This document shows positions 8,798 through 18,693 of a stretch of 64,000 bases of DNA, in pieces. A model generated the notes under the pieces. It had not been told where the DNA came from, did not search any database, and worked only from the letters and a program-made list of their open reading frames with translations. The DNA lies in assembly GCA_016210485.1 (NCBI GenBank), contig JACQUD010000074.1:12590-76589 (forward strand), read 5' to 3'. Source of the DNA: Chloroflexota bacterium. Lineage in GTDB: Bacteria; Chloroflexota; Dehalococcoidia; JACQUD01. The stretch's first letter is position 1, and each line of letters starts with the position of its first letter. The position numbers were made by a program, and so were the translations under genes.

Positions 8798-9445
8798 ATG
8801 AAGGTGAAGGTCAGGCTTTTTGCCCTCTACCGAGAGCTGGCGGGAGAATCGGAGTTGGAGATAGAGGTCAAGGCAGCTACGACAGCCCATCTGTGGGACG
8901 TTTTGAGAAAGAGGTACCCCAGATTGGGAAAACAAAGCCCCCTCATGGCCGTGAACGGTGAGTTCGCTCAGGGCGATGAGAAGCTCAAGGGAGGCGACGA
9001 AGTGGCTTTCCTGCCCCCCTTCAGCGGTGGCGCATCTGGGGTGCGCCTCACCACCGAGCCTCTGGAGGCCCAGGCCATCGCCGACTCCCTGATGGAGGAG
9101 GCCCATGGCGCTCTGGTGGTGTTTCAGGGGGTGGTGAGGCGCTGGACCGAGGGCCGCCGCGTCCTCCATCTGGAATACGAGGCCTATGAACCTATGGCCG
9201 GGAGGAAGCTGGAGGAGATTCGCCGTGAGATGAAGGAGCGCTGGGGGGTGGACTCAGCCCTCCATCACCGTCTAGGCAGGCTGGAGGTGGGGGAGGTGAG
9301 CCTGGTGGTTGCTGTGGTAGCACCCCATCGACAGGAGGCCTTCGCCGCCTGCCAGCATGCCGTGGACCGGATAAAGGAGACCGTCCCCATCTGGAAGAAA
9401 GAGGTCTTCACCGATGGCGAAGTCTGGGCAGGCCCCCAAGACTAG
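8798..9445 (+). CDS. Molybdopterin synthase MoaD-MoaE fusion protein
   Basis: The N-terminal 78 aa form a ThiS/MoaD fold ending ...GDEVAFLPPFSGG. The remainder is MoaE-like (GALVVFQGVVR...LEYEAY..MA...L..I........HR.G.L.VGE.S..V.V...HR.EAF.AC....D.IK...PIWKKE). Confidence 0.85.
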   Translation: MKVKVRLFALYRELAGESELEIEVKAATTAHLWDVLRKRYPRLGKQSPLMAVNGEFAQGDEKLKGGDEVAFLPPFSGGASGVRLTTEPLEAQAIADSLMEEAHGALVVFQGVVRRWTEGRRVLHLEYEAYEPMAGRKLEEIRREMKERWGVDSALHHRLGRLEVGEVSLVVAVVAPHRQEAFAACQHAVDRIKETVPIWKKEVFTDGEVWAGPQD

Positions 9446-9479
9446 CTGGGTCAGATAGGGCCTAGAAAGAAGGAGTATC

Positions 9480-10853
9480 ATGGAGCCAGGTCTGAAAGCG
9501 CAGCTAGACCGTATCTTTTTCCCCAGGGCTGTAGCTATCATCGGCGCCTCCACGCGTCCCGGAAACTTCGGGATGCGGTTTCTGCAGGGGATTGTGAATA
9601 TAGGGCACCCCTGTGTCTATCCGGTGCATCCTGAAGCTCGAGAACTTCTGGGACTCCAGGTTTATCCTTCGGTGCTGGACATCCCGGCGGAGGTAGACCT
9701 GGCCATAGTGGCCACGCCGCCCCAGGCAGTGCCGGCGGTGATCCGAGAGTGCGCCGATAAGGGAATCCAGGGGGTACACATATACTCCTCAGGCTTCGGT
9801 GAGATAGGAGAGGAGGGGAGGCGGCTCCAGGAGGAGATAGTGCGCCTGGCACGAAACAAAGGCACCCGGCTCATCGGCCCTAACTGCATGGGCATCACCA
9901 ACCCTGAAGGCAAGCTGATTGGAACAGGTGTGGCCAAGATAGGTGGGTCGGTAGCTATGCTCTCCCAGAGTGGATTCATGGTCGGCGTCATGAGCAGGGC
10001 AATCTCGGAGCGAGGGGTGGGCTTAAAGTATATGGTAAGCTATGGCAACGCTTGCGACCTGGGCGCCGCCGACTTCCTGGAGTATTTCGGGGAGGACCCC
10101 CAGATAAAGATCATCGTAGCATATCTGGAAGGAATCTCTGACGGGCGGCGCCTATACCAGGCGGCTCGAGAGGTCTCGCTGAAAAAGAGAAAACCTATCA
10201 TTGCTATTAGAGGAGGGACGACAATAGCGGGGACGAGGGCCACAGCTTCACATACCGGCTCCCTGGCTGGCTCCGAAGCGGCCTGGCGAGCCTTGATCGC
10301 CCAAACCGGCGTGGTCGAGGTAAAGAGCAGAGATGAGCTTTTGGACTGCGTCTTCGCCTTCCATTGCCTTCCCCTTCCCAGGGGCCGCCGGGTAGCTGTG
10401 GTATCCACCGGCGGCGGGTACGGGGTGCTGGCGGCCGATGCCTGCGCCCAAGCTGGCCTGGAGCTTATCCAGATCCCCCCTGGAACCCAGAGCCGCCTGG
10501 CCAAGGTTCAGCCCAGTGTGGGCACCAGCAACTCCAACCCTGTGGACGTGGGCCAGTGGATTGCAACCAACCCTAACGTATACGCTGATGTGGTGAAGGT
10601 CCTAGAAGAGGAAGACCTCGTGGACATGTTCCTGGTGGTGGGGACCTCGGTGAAGGCGATGCCGGAGGCACTATACTCTACCATAGCCCGCGCAGGCAAG
10701 CCAGCAACGTTGGTCTTCTCACAGCAGGGAGCCTCCCCATCGGACGACTTCTGGAGGGAGGGCTTCCTGGCGTTCCAAGATGTCCGCCGGGCGGCCAATG
10801 CCCTGGGCCGGCTACAGCAGTACGCTGAGTTCCTGAAATGGGCCAGTGGCTGA
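9480..10853 (+). CDS. CoA-binding domain protein, ADP-forming acyl-CoA synthetase alpha-like (succinyl-CoA synthetase fold)
   Basis: FFPRAVAIIGAS..PGNFG is an N-terminal CoA-binding Rossmann motif. GPNCMG and the phospho-His loop region SHTGSLAG are present. No ATP-grasp (beta) part is encoded here. Confidence 0.75.
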   Translation: MEPGLKAQLDRIFFPRAVAIIGASTRPGNFGMRFLQGIVNIGHPCVYPVHPEARELLGLQVYPSVLDIPAEVDLAIVATPPQAVPAVIRECADKGIQGVHIYSSGFGEIGEEGRRLQEEIVRLARNKGTRLIGPNCMGITNPEGKLIGTGVAKIGGSVAMLSQSGFMVGVMSRAISERGVGLKYMVSYGNACDLGAADFLEYFGEDPQIKIIVAYLEGISDGRRLYQAAREVSLKKRKPIIAIRGGTTIAGTRATASHTGSLAGSEAAWRALIAQTGVVEVKSRDELLDCVFAFHCLPLPRGRRVAVVSTGGGYGVLAADACAQAGLELIQIPPGTQSRLAKVQPSVGTSNSNPVDVGQWIATNPNVYADVVKVLEEEDLVDMFLVVGTSVKAMPEALYSTIARAGKPATLVFSQQGASPSDDFWREGFLAFQDVRRAANALGRLQQYAEFLKWASG

Positions 10854-11613
10854 CCATGACCCAAGGATAGAGTTTCAGGCCGATGGACTGCGCCTGAGAG
10901 GTGCTTTCCTTTTGCCCGCAGAGCAGGGACCCCACCCAGGTCTCATACTGTGCCACGGCCTGCCCCGCGGGCTACCACCCACGCCCGGAGAGCCGGGCTA
11001 TCCAGAGCTGACTAAACGCTTCTGCACAAGTGGCTTCGCTGTCCTTTTCTTCAACTTCCGAGGCACAGGAGAGAGCCAGGGCAACTTCGATATCCTGGGC
11101 TGGGCCCGAGACCTGAAGGCTGCTGTGGACTATCTATGGAGACGAACCGAGGTGGATCGGGCGCATCTCTACGTGTTGGGCTCCAGCGCCGGAGGCGCGA
11201 TAGCAATCTATGGCGCGGCCCGGGACCAACGCCTGGCAGGTGTAGTTACCTGGGCAGCCCCTGCCCACTGGAGGCCACTTGGAGATGCTGCGGGATTCCT
11301 AGAGCATGCCCGAAACATAGGCATTATCCGGGACCCCTCCTACCCCCCGTCCGTGTATGAGTAGGCGCATGGATTCGAGGAGGTCAGTCCCCAGCGCTGG
11401 GTCGGCCTCATCTCCCCCAGGCCCCTGCTCATCGTCCATGGCGAGGCCGACGATGTGATAGCCCCAGAGCAAGCTCAGCAGCTTTATCAGGCAGCCGGGG
11501 AGCCCAGGGAACTGGCCCTCCTGCCCGGGGCGGGCCACCGCCTGCGCCTCGACGAGCGGGCCGTGACCACCTCCCTGGCCTGGCTCAGACTAAGGGCAGG
11601 GCTGGAGCCCTAG
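10846..11613 (+). pseudogene. Alpha/beta hydrolase (dienelactone hydrolase / S9-like) interrupted by one in-frame TAG at 11362-11364
   Basis: Upstream part: HGLPRG...FNFRGTGESQG...LGSSAGG (GxSxG nucleophile). Reading through the TAG in the same frame gives AHGFEEVSPQRWVGLISPRPLLIVHGEADDVIAPEQ...LLPGAGHRL...*, supplying the Asp and His of the triad. The total is 256 codons, with the stop at 11611-11613. Confidence 0.7.
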
Positions 11614-12224
11614 GCAGAGGCCTTTCCCTCTCCTAACTTGATCAGGCTGGTGGCTAGATGGAGGCCCAGGATGGAGAGGTCCTCCGTGGGCAGGTACTCG
11701 GGGGCCGAGGCATCGAAGAGGACGTTCACCGAGGCGGGTATCTCCTCCTCCCCGAGATAGAGAATGCAGGCCAGAGGGAGACGGGGCAGGGCCAGGAAGC
11801 GGAAGGCAGCATCCCCAGCTCGGTCCATGGGAATACCCCCCAGGGCCAGCCCGGCCCGGCGAAACCCCTGTATGTCCTTGCCGAAGATGCGGGTCAGGGG
11901 AATGATGGCCATAGGGTCGAACTTCCTCTCCACCAGATAGGCTCCGGGCAGCTCCCGGAAGGCCACCCAGCGGTCGGCTATGGACGCACCGGTGGCATGA
12001 ATGAGATAGTGCAGCAAGAGCACCTGGATGCTCAACGGCGTCGCTGACTCCGTTCTCACCTCCACCACCTTACCCTCGGGGTGGGATATGGCGAAATTTC
12101 GGTGGAGGAGGCGGAGGCTGAACCTCCCGTCACTATACTCTGCCCCGCTCTTGTTGGCGGCGACCAGAGGGTTGAGCTTTCCAAATGTTTCCAGGGCCTG
12201 GCGGTGGGCGACGTTTAGAGGCAA
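11610..12224 (-). CDS. Hypothetical protein (resembles DUF3786 family from memory)
   Basis: The 204-aa ORF has good coding character with no TM segment or signal peptide. The family call is recollection only. Confidence 0.4.
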   Translation of the reverse strand: MPLNVAHRQALETFGKLNPLVAANKSGAEYSDGRFSLRLLHRNFAISHPEGKVVEVRTESATPLSIQVLLLHYLIHATGASIADRWVAFRELPGAYLVERKFDPMAIIPLTRIFGKDIQGFRRAGLALGGIPMDRAGDAAFRFLALPRLPLACILYLGEEEIPASVNVLFDASAPEYLPTEDLSILGLHLATSLIKLGEGKASA

Positions 12225-12320
12225 TGGCCATCTCCCAAAGGGTATACATTAGGCTACCCCAAATATAATCATAGCACGACACTGAGAAGGATCGCCGATC
12301 CTGGAGTTCCGTCCACGAGT

Positions 12321-12350
12321 TTGACAGGTTCTCAACCTGAGTGATATATT
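12321..12350 (+). promoter_or_regulatory. Sigma-70-type promoter candidate for the padR-ABC operon
   Basis: TTGACA at 12321-12326, an 18-nt spacer, then extended -10 TGaTATATT (TG 12342-12343, TATATT 12345-12350). The direct repeat atatatttg occurs at 12344 and 12362. Confidence 0.5.
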
Positions 12351-12383
12351 TGATAAGGTAATATATTTGTGATTTACATATAG

Positions 12384-12848
12384 ATGCGACATTCTATTGC
12401 TTCGGGGCATCCTGGCCATAAAGAGAACGCCTCCCATGACCATCCGGGGGGCCGCTTGCACCGTCGCCTTCAGCCCTGGCTCCTTTTGCTTCTGCTTCAG
12501 AAGCCTAGCTACGGCTACGAGCTGATGGAGCGACTTTCTCAGAGCGAGGATACCCCCTTCGCCGATGTGGGCCTCCTCTATCGCACCCTGCGCCACCTCG
12601 AGGAGGAAGGCATGGTGCGCTCCACATGGGATACCCAGGGTAAGGGGCCAGCGCGGCGACTGTATGAGGTGACACCCGAGGGGGCAGAATATCTGGATGC
12701 CTGGGCGGCCGATATTCGCCAGCTCCGAAAACGTCTGGGCAGTTTCCTGACGAAATATCAAGCGTATTCTCAGAGGGGCAAGGGTACTGGGGACAGCCAG
12801 GGGGAGGAGGCCAACCACCAGCCTCAGCGCCGAAGGCCTGCAAATTGA
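12384..12848 (+). CDS. PadR family transcriptional regulator (His-rich N-terminal tail)
   Basis: LLLLLLQKPSYGYELMERL...LYRTLRHLEEEGMVRSTWD....GPARRLYEVTPEG is the PadR winged-helix signature. Confidence 0.85.
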   Translation: MRHSIASGHPGHKENASHDHPGGRLHRRLQPWLLLLLLQKPSYGYELMERLSQSEDTPFADVGLLYRTLRHLEEEGMVRSTWDTQGKGPARRLYEVTPEGAEYLDAWAADIRQLRKRLGSFLTKYQAYSQRGKGTGDSQGEEANHQPQRRRPAN

Positions 12849-12875
12849 TTGACAGGATAACAGGGGATTAGCTAC

Positions 12876-14639
12876 ATGCGCATCTTCAGGAAACTTCTCG
12901 TCTTCGCCTCACATCACAAAGTAGCCCTGTCCCTTGCCTTTGTCTCCATGCTCTTCAACGTCGGGGCTGGCCTGGTCGCGCCGCGCTTGGTGGGCAATGC
13001 AGTCGACGCTGTCTTGGCGGGCAGGGGGCTGAGCTATCTGATCCTGGTCGGCGCGGCCATAGTAGTTGCCAGCACTCTTCGGGGCCTTTTCGCCTTTGGA
13101 GAACGCTACGGCGGGGAGTATGTAAGCCAGAAGATAGCTTACGACCTTCGCAATGCCTACTACGACAAGCTTCAGCACCTCAGCTTCGCCTTTCACGACC
13201 AGCAGCAGACGGGTCAGCTCATGAGCCGGGCCACGGTGGACGTGGAGGCGGTGCGCATGTTCATAAGCCAGAGTCTACTACGGCTCCCATACCTGGCCAT
13301 CCTAGTAAGCGCTATCCTTGCGTTGCTCTTCAGCATAAACTGGCAGCTTGCCCTGGTCACTTTATTCACTGTTCCCATCCTCATCTCCCGGAGTATACAT
13401 ATGCACAGCCGTCTGCGTCTGAGCTGGCAGAACGTGCAACAACGCATGGGTGAGATGACGACCCTCCTTCAGGAGGCGCTATCTGGCATCCGAGTAGTGA
13501 AGGCCTTCGGCACTGAAGATATAGAGGAGGGTAAGTTCGATGCCAAGGCCAATCGGGTGGCCGATGAAACCTTCGGCACCTCCCTGCTACAGGCCTCCAA
13601 CAGCGCCCTGATGAACATGGTCTTCGGCGCCGCCATCGGCTTCACCCTGTGGTTCGGTGGCTGGCAGGTCATTCGAGGCTCCATTACCCCGGGCGAATTG
13701 ACCCAGTTCATCCTTTACATAAACATGCTCATTATGCCGGTGCGCATGGCCGGCTTCCTCATCAGCAACATCTCCCGGGCCATATCCTCCGGAGAGCGTA
13801 TCTTTCAGATTATCGAGGCTGACTCTCCGGTGAGAGACGCCCCCGGGGCCAGGCCCTTGACCTCCATAGAGGGGCGAGTGAAATTCGAAGATGTCTCCTT
13901 TGCCTACAACTCCAGCACCCCCACCCTGAGCGATATCTCCTTTGAGGTAGCGCCGAAGCAGGTGGTAGCCCTCCTGGGACCCACAGGCAGCGGCAAAACC
14001 ACCATCGCTCACCTCTTGCCTCGGTTCTACGACGTGACCTCCGGCGCCGTATTCATCGATGGTGTGGATACCCGAAGTATCACCCTGGCCAGCCTGAGGC
14101 AGCATATAGGCATCGTTCAGCAGGATATATTCCTTTTCTCCGCCACCGTCCGGGACAACATCGCCTATGGCTCCCCTGAAGCCACCGAGTCCCAGGTCCA
14201 AGAGGCGGCCAAGCAAGCTCAGCTCCATGATTTCATCATAGGCCTGCCCCAGGGCTACAACACATGGGTTGGGGAGCGAGGCATAACCCTCTCCGGCGGC
14301 CAGAGACAGCGGGTAGCCATCGCTCGAACGCTTCTCCTCAATCCCCCCATCCTCATCCTGGACGACTCCACCTCTAGCGTGGACACAGAGACTGAGCATC
14401 TTATCCAGCAGGCCCTGGCCCAGGTTATTCATGGACGCACTACCTTCATCATCGCCCAACGCCTCTCCAGCGTCCTCCGGGCCAACCTCATCCTTGTTCT
14501 GAAAGAGGGGCGCATCATGGAGAGGGGGACGCATCAGGAACTGTTGCAGCAGGGGGGCCTGTATAAAGAGATTTACGAGCTGCAGTTGAGGCCCCAAGAG
14601 GAAGCTTACCTGGCAACCAAGACTACGAGGATGCGCTGA
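12876..14639 (+). CDS. ABC exporter, fused permease/ATPase half-transporter (MsbA/MdlB-like)
   Basis: Six TM helices, then Walker A GPTGSGKTT, signature LSGGQRQRVAIAR and Walker B ILILDD. Confidence 0.9.
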   Translation: MRIFRKLLVFASHHKVALSLAFVSMLFNVGAGLVAPRLVGNAVDAVLAGRGLSYLILVGAAIVVASTLRGLFAFGERYGGEYVSQKIAYDLRNAYYDKLQHLSFAFHDQQQTGQLMSRATVDVEAVRMFISQSLLRLPYLAILVSAILALLFSINWQLALVTLFTVPILISRSIHMHSRLRLSWQNVQQRMGEMTTLLQEALSGIRVVKAFGTEDIEEGKFDAKANRVADETFGTSLLQASNSALMNMVFGAAIGFTLWFGGWQVIRGSITPGELTQFILYINMLIMPVRMAGFLISNISRAISSGERIFQIIEADSPVRDAPGARPLTSIEGRVKFEDVSFAYNSSTPTLSDISFEVAPKQVVALLGPTGSGKTTIAHLLPRFYDVTSGAVFIDGVDTRSITLASLRQHIGIVQQDIFLFSATVRDNIAYGSPEATESQVQEAAKQAQLHDFIIGLPQGYNTWVGERGITLSGGQRQRVAIARTLLLNPPILILDDSTSSVDTETEHLIQQALAQVIHGRTTFIIAQRLSSVLRANLILVLKEGRIMERGTHQELLQQGGLYKEIYELQLRPQEEAYLATKTTRMR

Positions 14640-16531
14640 TGCACTGGGGCGAAGGAGGCCACGGCGGTGGCTTTAGCCATGGCATGGGGATGGGCAGGGG
14701 CGAAGCGTGGCGGGCGGGCACGCTCCATAGCGCCCTGGACGAGGTGGAAGCCCTGGGCAAGTTCTATGACCAGCGGGTGGTGAGCCGCCTCTTCGCCTAT
14801 GCGGCACCCCATAAGCGCCTTCTGGCCCTGGCCGCTTTAGGCGTTCTCCTGTACACGGCCAGCTCCCTAGCCACCCCTCGGCTCATCGGCTACGGCATAG
14901 ACCATTTCGTCAAAGAGGGCAGCTTCTCCGGCCTCCACTTCCTGGCTATAGCCTATTTCCTCATCGCCGCCGTGGGCTACGCGGCCAACTATGTCTACCT
15001 GGTATCCGTGGCCAGGGTGGGCCAGAGGGTCCTGTTCACCCTCCGCAGCCAGATGTTCCACCATCTTCAGGGGCTGTCCCTCTCTTTCTACGACGCCAAC
15101 GAGGTGGGGATCATCATGTCTCGGGTCCAGAACGATGTGACCCAGCTCCAGGAGTTCCTCAACACCGTGGTGGTGAGCACGGCGGACATCCTCTCCCTAG
15201 TGGGGATCGTGGCGATCCTCTTCTGGATGGATGTGCCTCTGGCGGCCATAGCCTTGAGCACTATGCCCGTGCTCATAGTCATCATGATATTCTGGCAGCG
15301 CCGTGCCAGGCAGCGCTTCATGGCTGTCCGCAGAGCCATCGCCATCGTCAACGCCGGGCTCCAGGAGAACATCTCCGGCGTCAGGGTCATCCAGAGCCTG
15401 AGGCGGGAGGACCAGAACCTGCGGGACTTCGACCGACGCAACGAGGGACATATGGAGGCTTCCCTTCGAGCGGGCCGCCTGGCTGCCTTCCTGAACACCA
15501 TCGTGGAGCCGCTGGTGGCCGCGGCGCTGGCTACCGTGATCATTTACGGCGGCTGGCGGGTGACCCAAGGTGCGCTGGCTGTGGGAGTATTGGTGTCCTT
15601 CGTCCTCTATATTCAGCGCTTCTTCGACCCCATCCGCAGCCTGACCATGCAATACACGGAGGTCCAGAGGGCCATGATCTCGGGCGTGCGTATTTTCGAA
15701 ATCCTGGACACCAACCCAGCGATCAAGGACGAGGAGGGAGCTGCCGAGCTGCCATCTATCCACGGGCGAGTCAAGTTCGAAAAGGTGAGCTTCAGTTATG
15801 TCCCCGGGGTCAACGTCTTGCAAGATATAAATCTAGATGCCCAGCCGGGAGAGACCATCGCCCTGGTGGGCCCAACGGGGGCGGGCAAGAGCACCATGGT
15901 CAGCCTCCTCGCCCGCTTCTATGACGTCACCGAGGGCAAGATTACGGTAGACGGCCATGACCTGAGAAGCGTTGCCCGGCGCAGCCTAGCCAGTCAGATG
16001 GGCATGGTCCTCCAGGAGCCCTTCCTGTTTTCAGGCACCATTAGGGAGAATATAAAGTATGCCCGGCCGGATGCCTCGGAGGATGAGGTGGTGACCGCGG
16101 CCAAGGCCGTGGGTGCCCATGATTTCATCCTGCGCCTGGACAAAGGCTATGATACCCCGGTTCAGGAGCGCGGAATAAACCTCAGCGTGGGGCAGAGGCA
16201 GCTTATCAGCTTCGCCCGGGCGCTCTTGGCCAACCCACGCATCCTCATCCTGGACGAGGCCACGGCCAATGTAGACACTCAGACAGAGTTGGCTATCCAG
16301 AGGGCTTTGGGGAATCTATTGGCGGGGCGCACTTCCTTCGTCATAGCCCACCGACTGTCCACCATTCGAGAGGCCAGCCGCATAGCGGTCCTGGACCACG
16401 GCAGGATTGTGGATATAGGTACCCACCACGACCTGCTATCTAAGGATGGCCTCTACCGCCGCCTCTACACTATGAGCTATGATGGCCACCAAGATAGCCC
16501 TGCGCCGTCGTTCCAACAAGCCCAGGGATAA
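14639..16531 (+). CDS. ABC exporter, fused permease/ATPase half-transporter (partner of the previous gene)
   Basis: The ATG overlaps the upstream TGA (ATGA-style coupling at 14637-14641). Walker A GPTGAGKST, signature LSVGQRQLISFAR and Walker B ILILDEATA are present. The N-terminal tail is Gly/His-rich. Confidence 0.9.
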   Translation: MHWGEGGHGGGFSHGMGMGRGEAWRAGTLHSALDEVEALGKFYDQRVVSRLFAYAAPHKRLLALAALGVLLYTASSLATPRLIGYGIDHFVKEGSFSGLHFLAIAYFLIAAVGYAANYVYLVSVARVGQRVLFTLRSQMFHHLQGLSLSFYDANEVGIIMSRVQNDVTQLQEFLNTVVVSTADILSLVGIVAILFWMDVPLAAIALSTMPVLIVIMIFWQRRARQRFMAVRRAIAIVNAGLQENISGVRVIQSLRREDQNLRDFDRRNEGHMEASLRAGRLAAFLNTIVEPLVAAALATVIIYGGWRVTQGALAVGVLVSFVLYIQRFFDPIRSLTMQYTEVQRAMISGVRIFEILDTNPAIKDEEGAAELPSIHGRVKFEKVSFSYVPGVNVLQDINLDAQPGETIALVGPTGAGKSTMVSLLARFYDVTEGKITVDGHDLRSVARRSLASQMGMVLQEPFLFSGTIRENIKYARPDASEDEVVTAAKAVGAHDFILRLDKGYDTPVQERGINLSVGQRQLISFARALLANPRILILDEATANVDTQTELAIQRALGNLLAGRTSFVIAHRLSTIREASRIAVLDHGRIVDIGTHHDLLSKDGLYRRLYTMSYDGHQDSPAPSFQQAQG

Positions 16532-16590
16532 GCCATCTCACTGCCCCTCGTCAGCTCCCTGGAACATCGGCTTATGTCCTATGGTCTCTA

Positions 16591-17004
16591 CTACCCCTTG
16601 CGGCGTGCCCTCCGTCCATCCACCTGGTGGACGAAGCCGATGGAGAACAGGCGCCTCTTGTAGGAGAGGGGGAACTCGGTGACATGGGCCTGGAACTGGG
16701 ACCCGTCTTTCCTCACAAAAAGGAACTGCCCGCTCCTGGGGATCCTCGCCGTCTTGATGTTCCGCCAGTAGCCGTCGGACACCTCCTCCTGGCTCTCGGG
16801 GGCCACGAAGTTATCCAGGAAGGGGGAGAGCTTCTCCCACTCCCCCTTGGAGTAGCCGAAGAGGTCGGCCAGCTTGTCATTACAGGCCTTGTGCTCATCG
16901 TCCAGATAGATATAGACCCCGTCGGCAGAGCGGTCCAAGACCATGCGGTACTGGCGCTCCAGCTCCCGCACCGCCCTCTCATGAAGCCCCTTCACATCCG
17001 CCAC
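16591..17004 (-). CDS. Stand-alone PAS domain protein
   Basis: The 137-aa sequence YRMVLDRSADGVYIY...N.K.ADLFGYSKGEW......F...V.PE.......Y.......R.....F.FVRKDGS.F.A.V fits a PAS fold pattern. Confidence 0.65.
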   Translation of the reverse strand: MADVKGLHERAVRELERQYRMVLDRSADGVYIYLDDEHKACNDKLADLFGYSKGEWEKLSPFLDNFVAPESQEEVSDGYWRNIKTARIPRSGQFLFVRKDGSQFQAHVTEFPLSYKRRLFSIGFVHQVDGRRARRKG

Positions 17005-17191
17005 GTTTTGCCTCCTTCTCCCGGGCTTCGGCCCGGAAAGTCCTTATCGCCTTCCTGTCAATTACCGCTATCGCTTCCTATTAGCGTATATGAAAATGCT
17101 TTGCCTGTCAAGCTTGAAGGGTTAGGGGGGTGTTGCCCGAAAAGGAAACTGGGGGTGGGAATGGGAAGGGCAAACCGGTGACCCCCCGCCG

Positions 17192-17220
17192 TTGCATTTT
17201 GTGAAAGCTTGTGCTAAACT
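17192..17220 (+). promoter_or_regulatory. Sigma-70-type promoter candidate for the nuo operon
   Basis: TTGCAT at 17192-17197, a 17-nt spacer, then TGcTAAACT (-10 at 17215-17220). It sits 39 nt upstream of the nuoA start. Confidence 0.45.
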
Positions 17221-17258
17221 GGGCGCTGGTATTTTGAAGCAAGGAGGGAACGTACTCT

Positions 17259-17630
17259 TTGCTAGCTAGCTATGGACACATCGGACTCCTCATACTTCTG
17301 GCAATCCTTTTTCCCGCCAGCACACTCGTTATCTCTTATCTCCTCAGCTACGTCAGGGTTCGTCCCAAGAAGCCCAATCCCATCAAGGCCATGACCTATG
17401 AGTGCGGCATGGACACCCGGGGGCCGGCCTGGGTGCAGTTCAACTTCCGCTATTATTTTTTCGCCCTCCTCTTCCTGGTCTTCGCCATAGAGACGATCTT
17501 CCTCTATCCCTGGGCCGTGGCCTATAGTGCGCTGGGCTGGTTCGGCCTGGGAGAGATGATGATATTCATAGCGATTCTTCTGGTGGGCTATGTCTATGCC
17601 TGGAAGAAGAAAACCCTGGAGTGGAAGTGA
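17259..17630 (+). CDS. nuoA: NADH-quinone oxidoreductase subunit A
   Basis: TTG start with RBS aaggaggg 10 nt upstream. Three TM helices and the motif [20 protein letters not shown]. Confidence 0.9.
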   Translation: MLASYGHIGLLILLAILFPASTLVISYLLSYVRVRPKKPNPIKAMTYECGMDTRGPAWVQFNFRYYFFALLFLVFAIETIFLYPWAVAYSALGWFGLGEMMIFIAILLVGYVYAWKKKTLEWK

Positions 17631-18220
17631 TGGCACTGAATAGGATACGGCAGCGAGAGAGCTTGGAGTTGGATAAAGAAGAGGGCCAGATCATCGCCGA
17701 CCTCCAGGCCCGGTCCGCCCGGGCTTATCCCGACATCGTCCCCGAGGAGCTGAAGCACAGCGTGCTGATCGGCCCAGTCGATAGCCTTCTCAACTGGGGG
17801 AGAAGCTCCTCGGTATGGCCCCTCTCCTTCGGCCTGGCCTGCTGCGCCATCGAGATGATCTCCTGCGGCGCCTCCCGTTTCGATATAGCCCGCTTCGGCA
17901 TGGAGTTGTTCCGGGCCAGCCCTCGCCAGGCCGACCTTATGCTGGTATCCGGGACGGTGACCTGGAAGATGGCTCCCGCCCTGCGCCGCCTCTACGACCA
18001 GATGCCGGAGCCCAAGTGGGTGGTGGCCATGGGCGCTTGCGCCACCTGCGGAGGCACCTTCCACGATTCTTACAGCGTGGTCCCCGGAGTGCACCGCATC
18101 GTGCCCGTGGATGTCTATATCCCAGGGTGTCCCCCCAGGCCCGATGCCCTTCTCTATGGCCTCATGATGCTTCATCGCCGCATCAGGAAAAGCACCATAG
18201 CCAGAAAGGCTGGCCCATGA
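17630..18220 (+). CDS. nuoB: NADH-quinone oxidoreductase subunit B
   Basis: ATG at 17630 overlaps the nuoA TGA; the ORF opens at GTG 17621. N2-cluster ligand motifs [17 protein letters not shown] and IPGCPPRP are present. Confidence 0.93.
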   Translation: MALNRIRQRESLELDKEEGQIIADLQARSARAYPDIVPEELKHSVLIGPVDSLLNWGRSSSVWPLSFGLACCAIEMISCGASRFDIARFGMELFRASPRQADLMLVSGTVTWKMAPALRRLYDQMPEPKWVVAMGACATCGGTFHDSYSVVPGVHRIVPVDVYIPGCPPRPDALLYGLMMLHRRIRKSTIARKAGP

Positions 18221-18666
18221 CCAGAGACATCTCCCAGAACGCAGCCCAGCGGATAGCCCAGCGCTTCCCAGGCCTGGCAGCGGAGGCTGCCCCGGCGGGT
18301 ATCGTGGTGCCGGCGGAGTCCCTCTTGGAGATAGCCGCTTTCCTCAAGGAGAACCCCGACCTGGCCCTCGATTATCTGGCGGCCATCACCGCCGTGGACT
18401 ACCTGGACCACTTCGAGGTCGTCTATCACATGACCTCTATAACCCATAATCACAGCCTGATGCTGAAGGTGCGCCTCCCGGGGCGGGAAAACCTGGCCCT
18501 TCCATCCCTCACCTCCCTATGGCAGGGCGCTGACCTCCAGGAGAGGGAGGTCTACGACCTCATGGGCATCGCCTTCTCGGGGCATCCCAACATGAAGCGC
18601 GTTTTGCTCTGGGACGGATTCCAGGGGCACCCGTTGCGAAAGGACTTCATCTATGAGCCTTCCTGA
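18217..18666 (+). CDS. nuoC: NADH-quinone oxidoreductase subunit C
   Basis: ATG at 18217 overlaps the nuoB TGA (ATGA). Motif [17 protein letters not shown]. The longer ORF from 17815 lies out of frame over nuoB. Confidence 0.9.
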   Translation: MTRDISQNAAQRIAQRFPGLAAEAAPAGIVVPAESLLEIAAFLKENPDLALDYLAAITAVDYLDHFEVVYHMTSITHNHSLMLKVRLPGRENLALPSLTSLWQGADLQEREVYDLMGIAFSGHPNMKRVLLWDGFQGHPLRKDFIYEPS

Positions 18667-18693
18667 GGGAGGCTCCGCTGTGTCGGTGGAGCT

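Noticed and set aside
11362-11364. Genome-wide reassignment of TAG (a stop-codon recoding lineage)
   Set aside because: TAG is the terminal codon of many well-delimited genes in this window (1987-1989, 3460-3462, 5272-5274, 7250-7252, 9443-9445, 19813-19815, 21915-21917, 24357-24359). Their C-termini end where the families normally end.
17815-18666. A 283-aa ORF suggesting an N-terminally extended NuoC or a NuoB-NuoC fusion
   Set aside because: The first 134 codons lie out of frame over nuoB and translate to Pro/Arg/Gly-rich sequence. NuoC-like sequence begins at the ATG at 18217, which forms an ATGA overlap with the nuoB stop.
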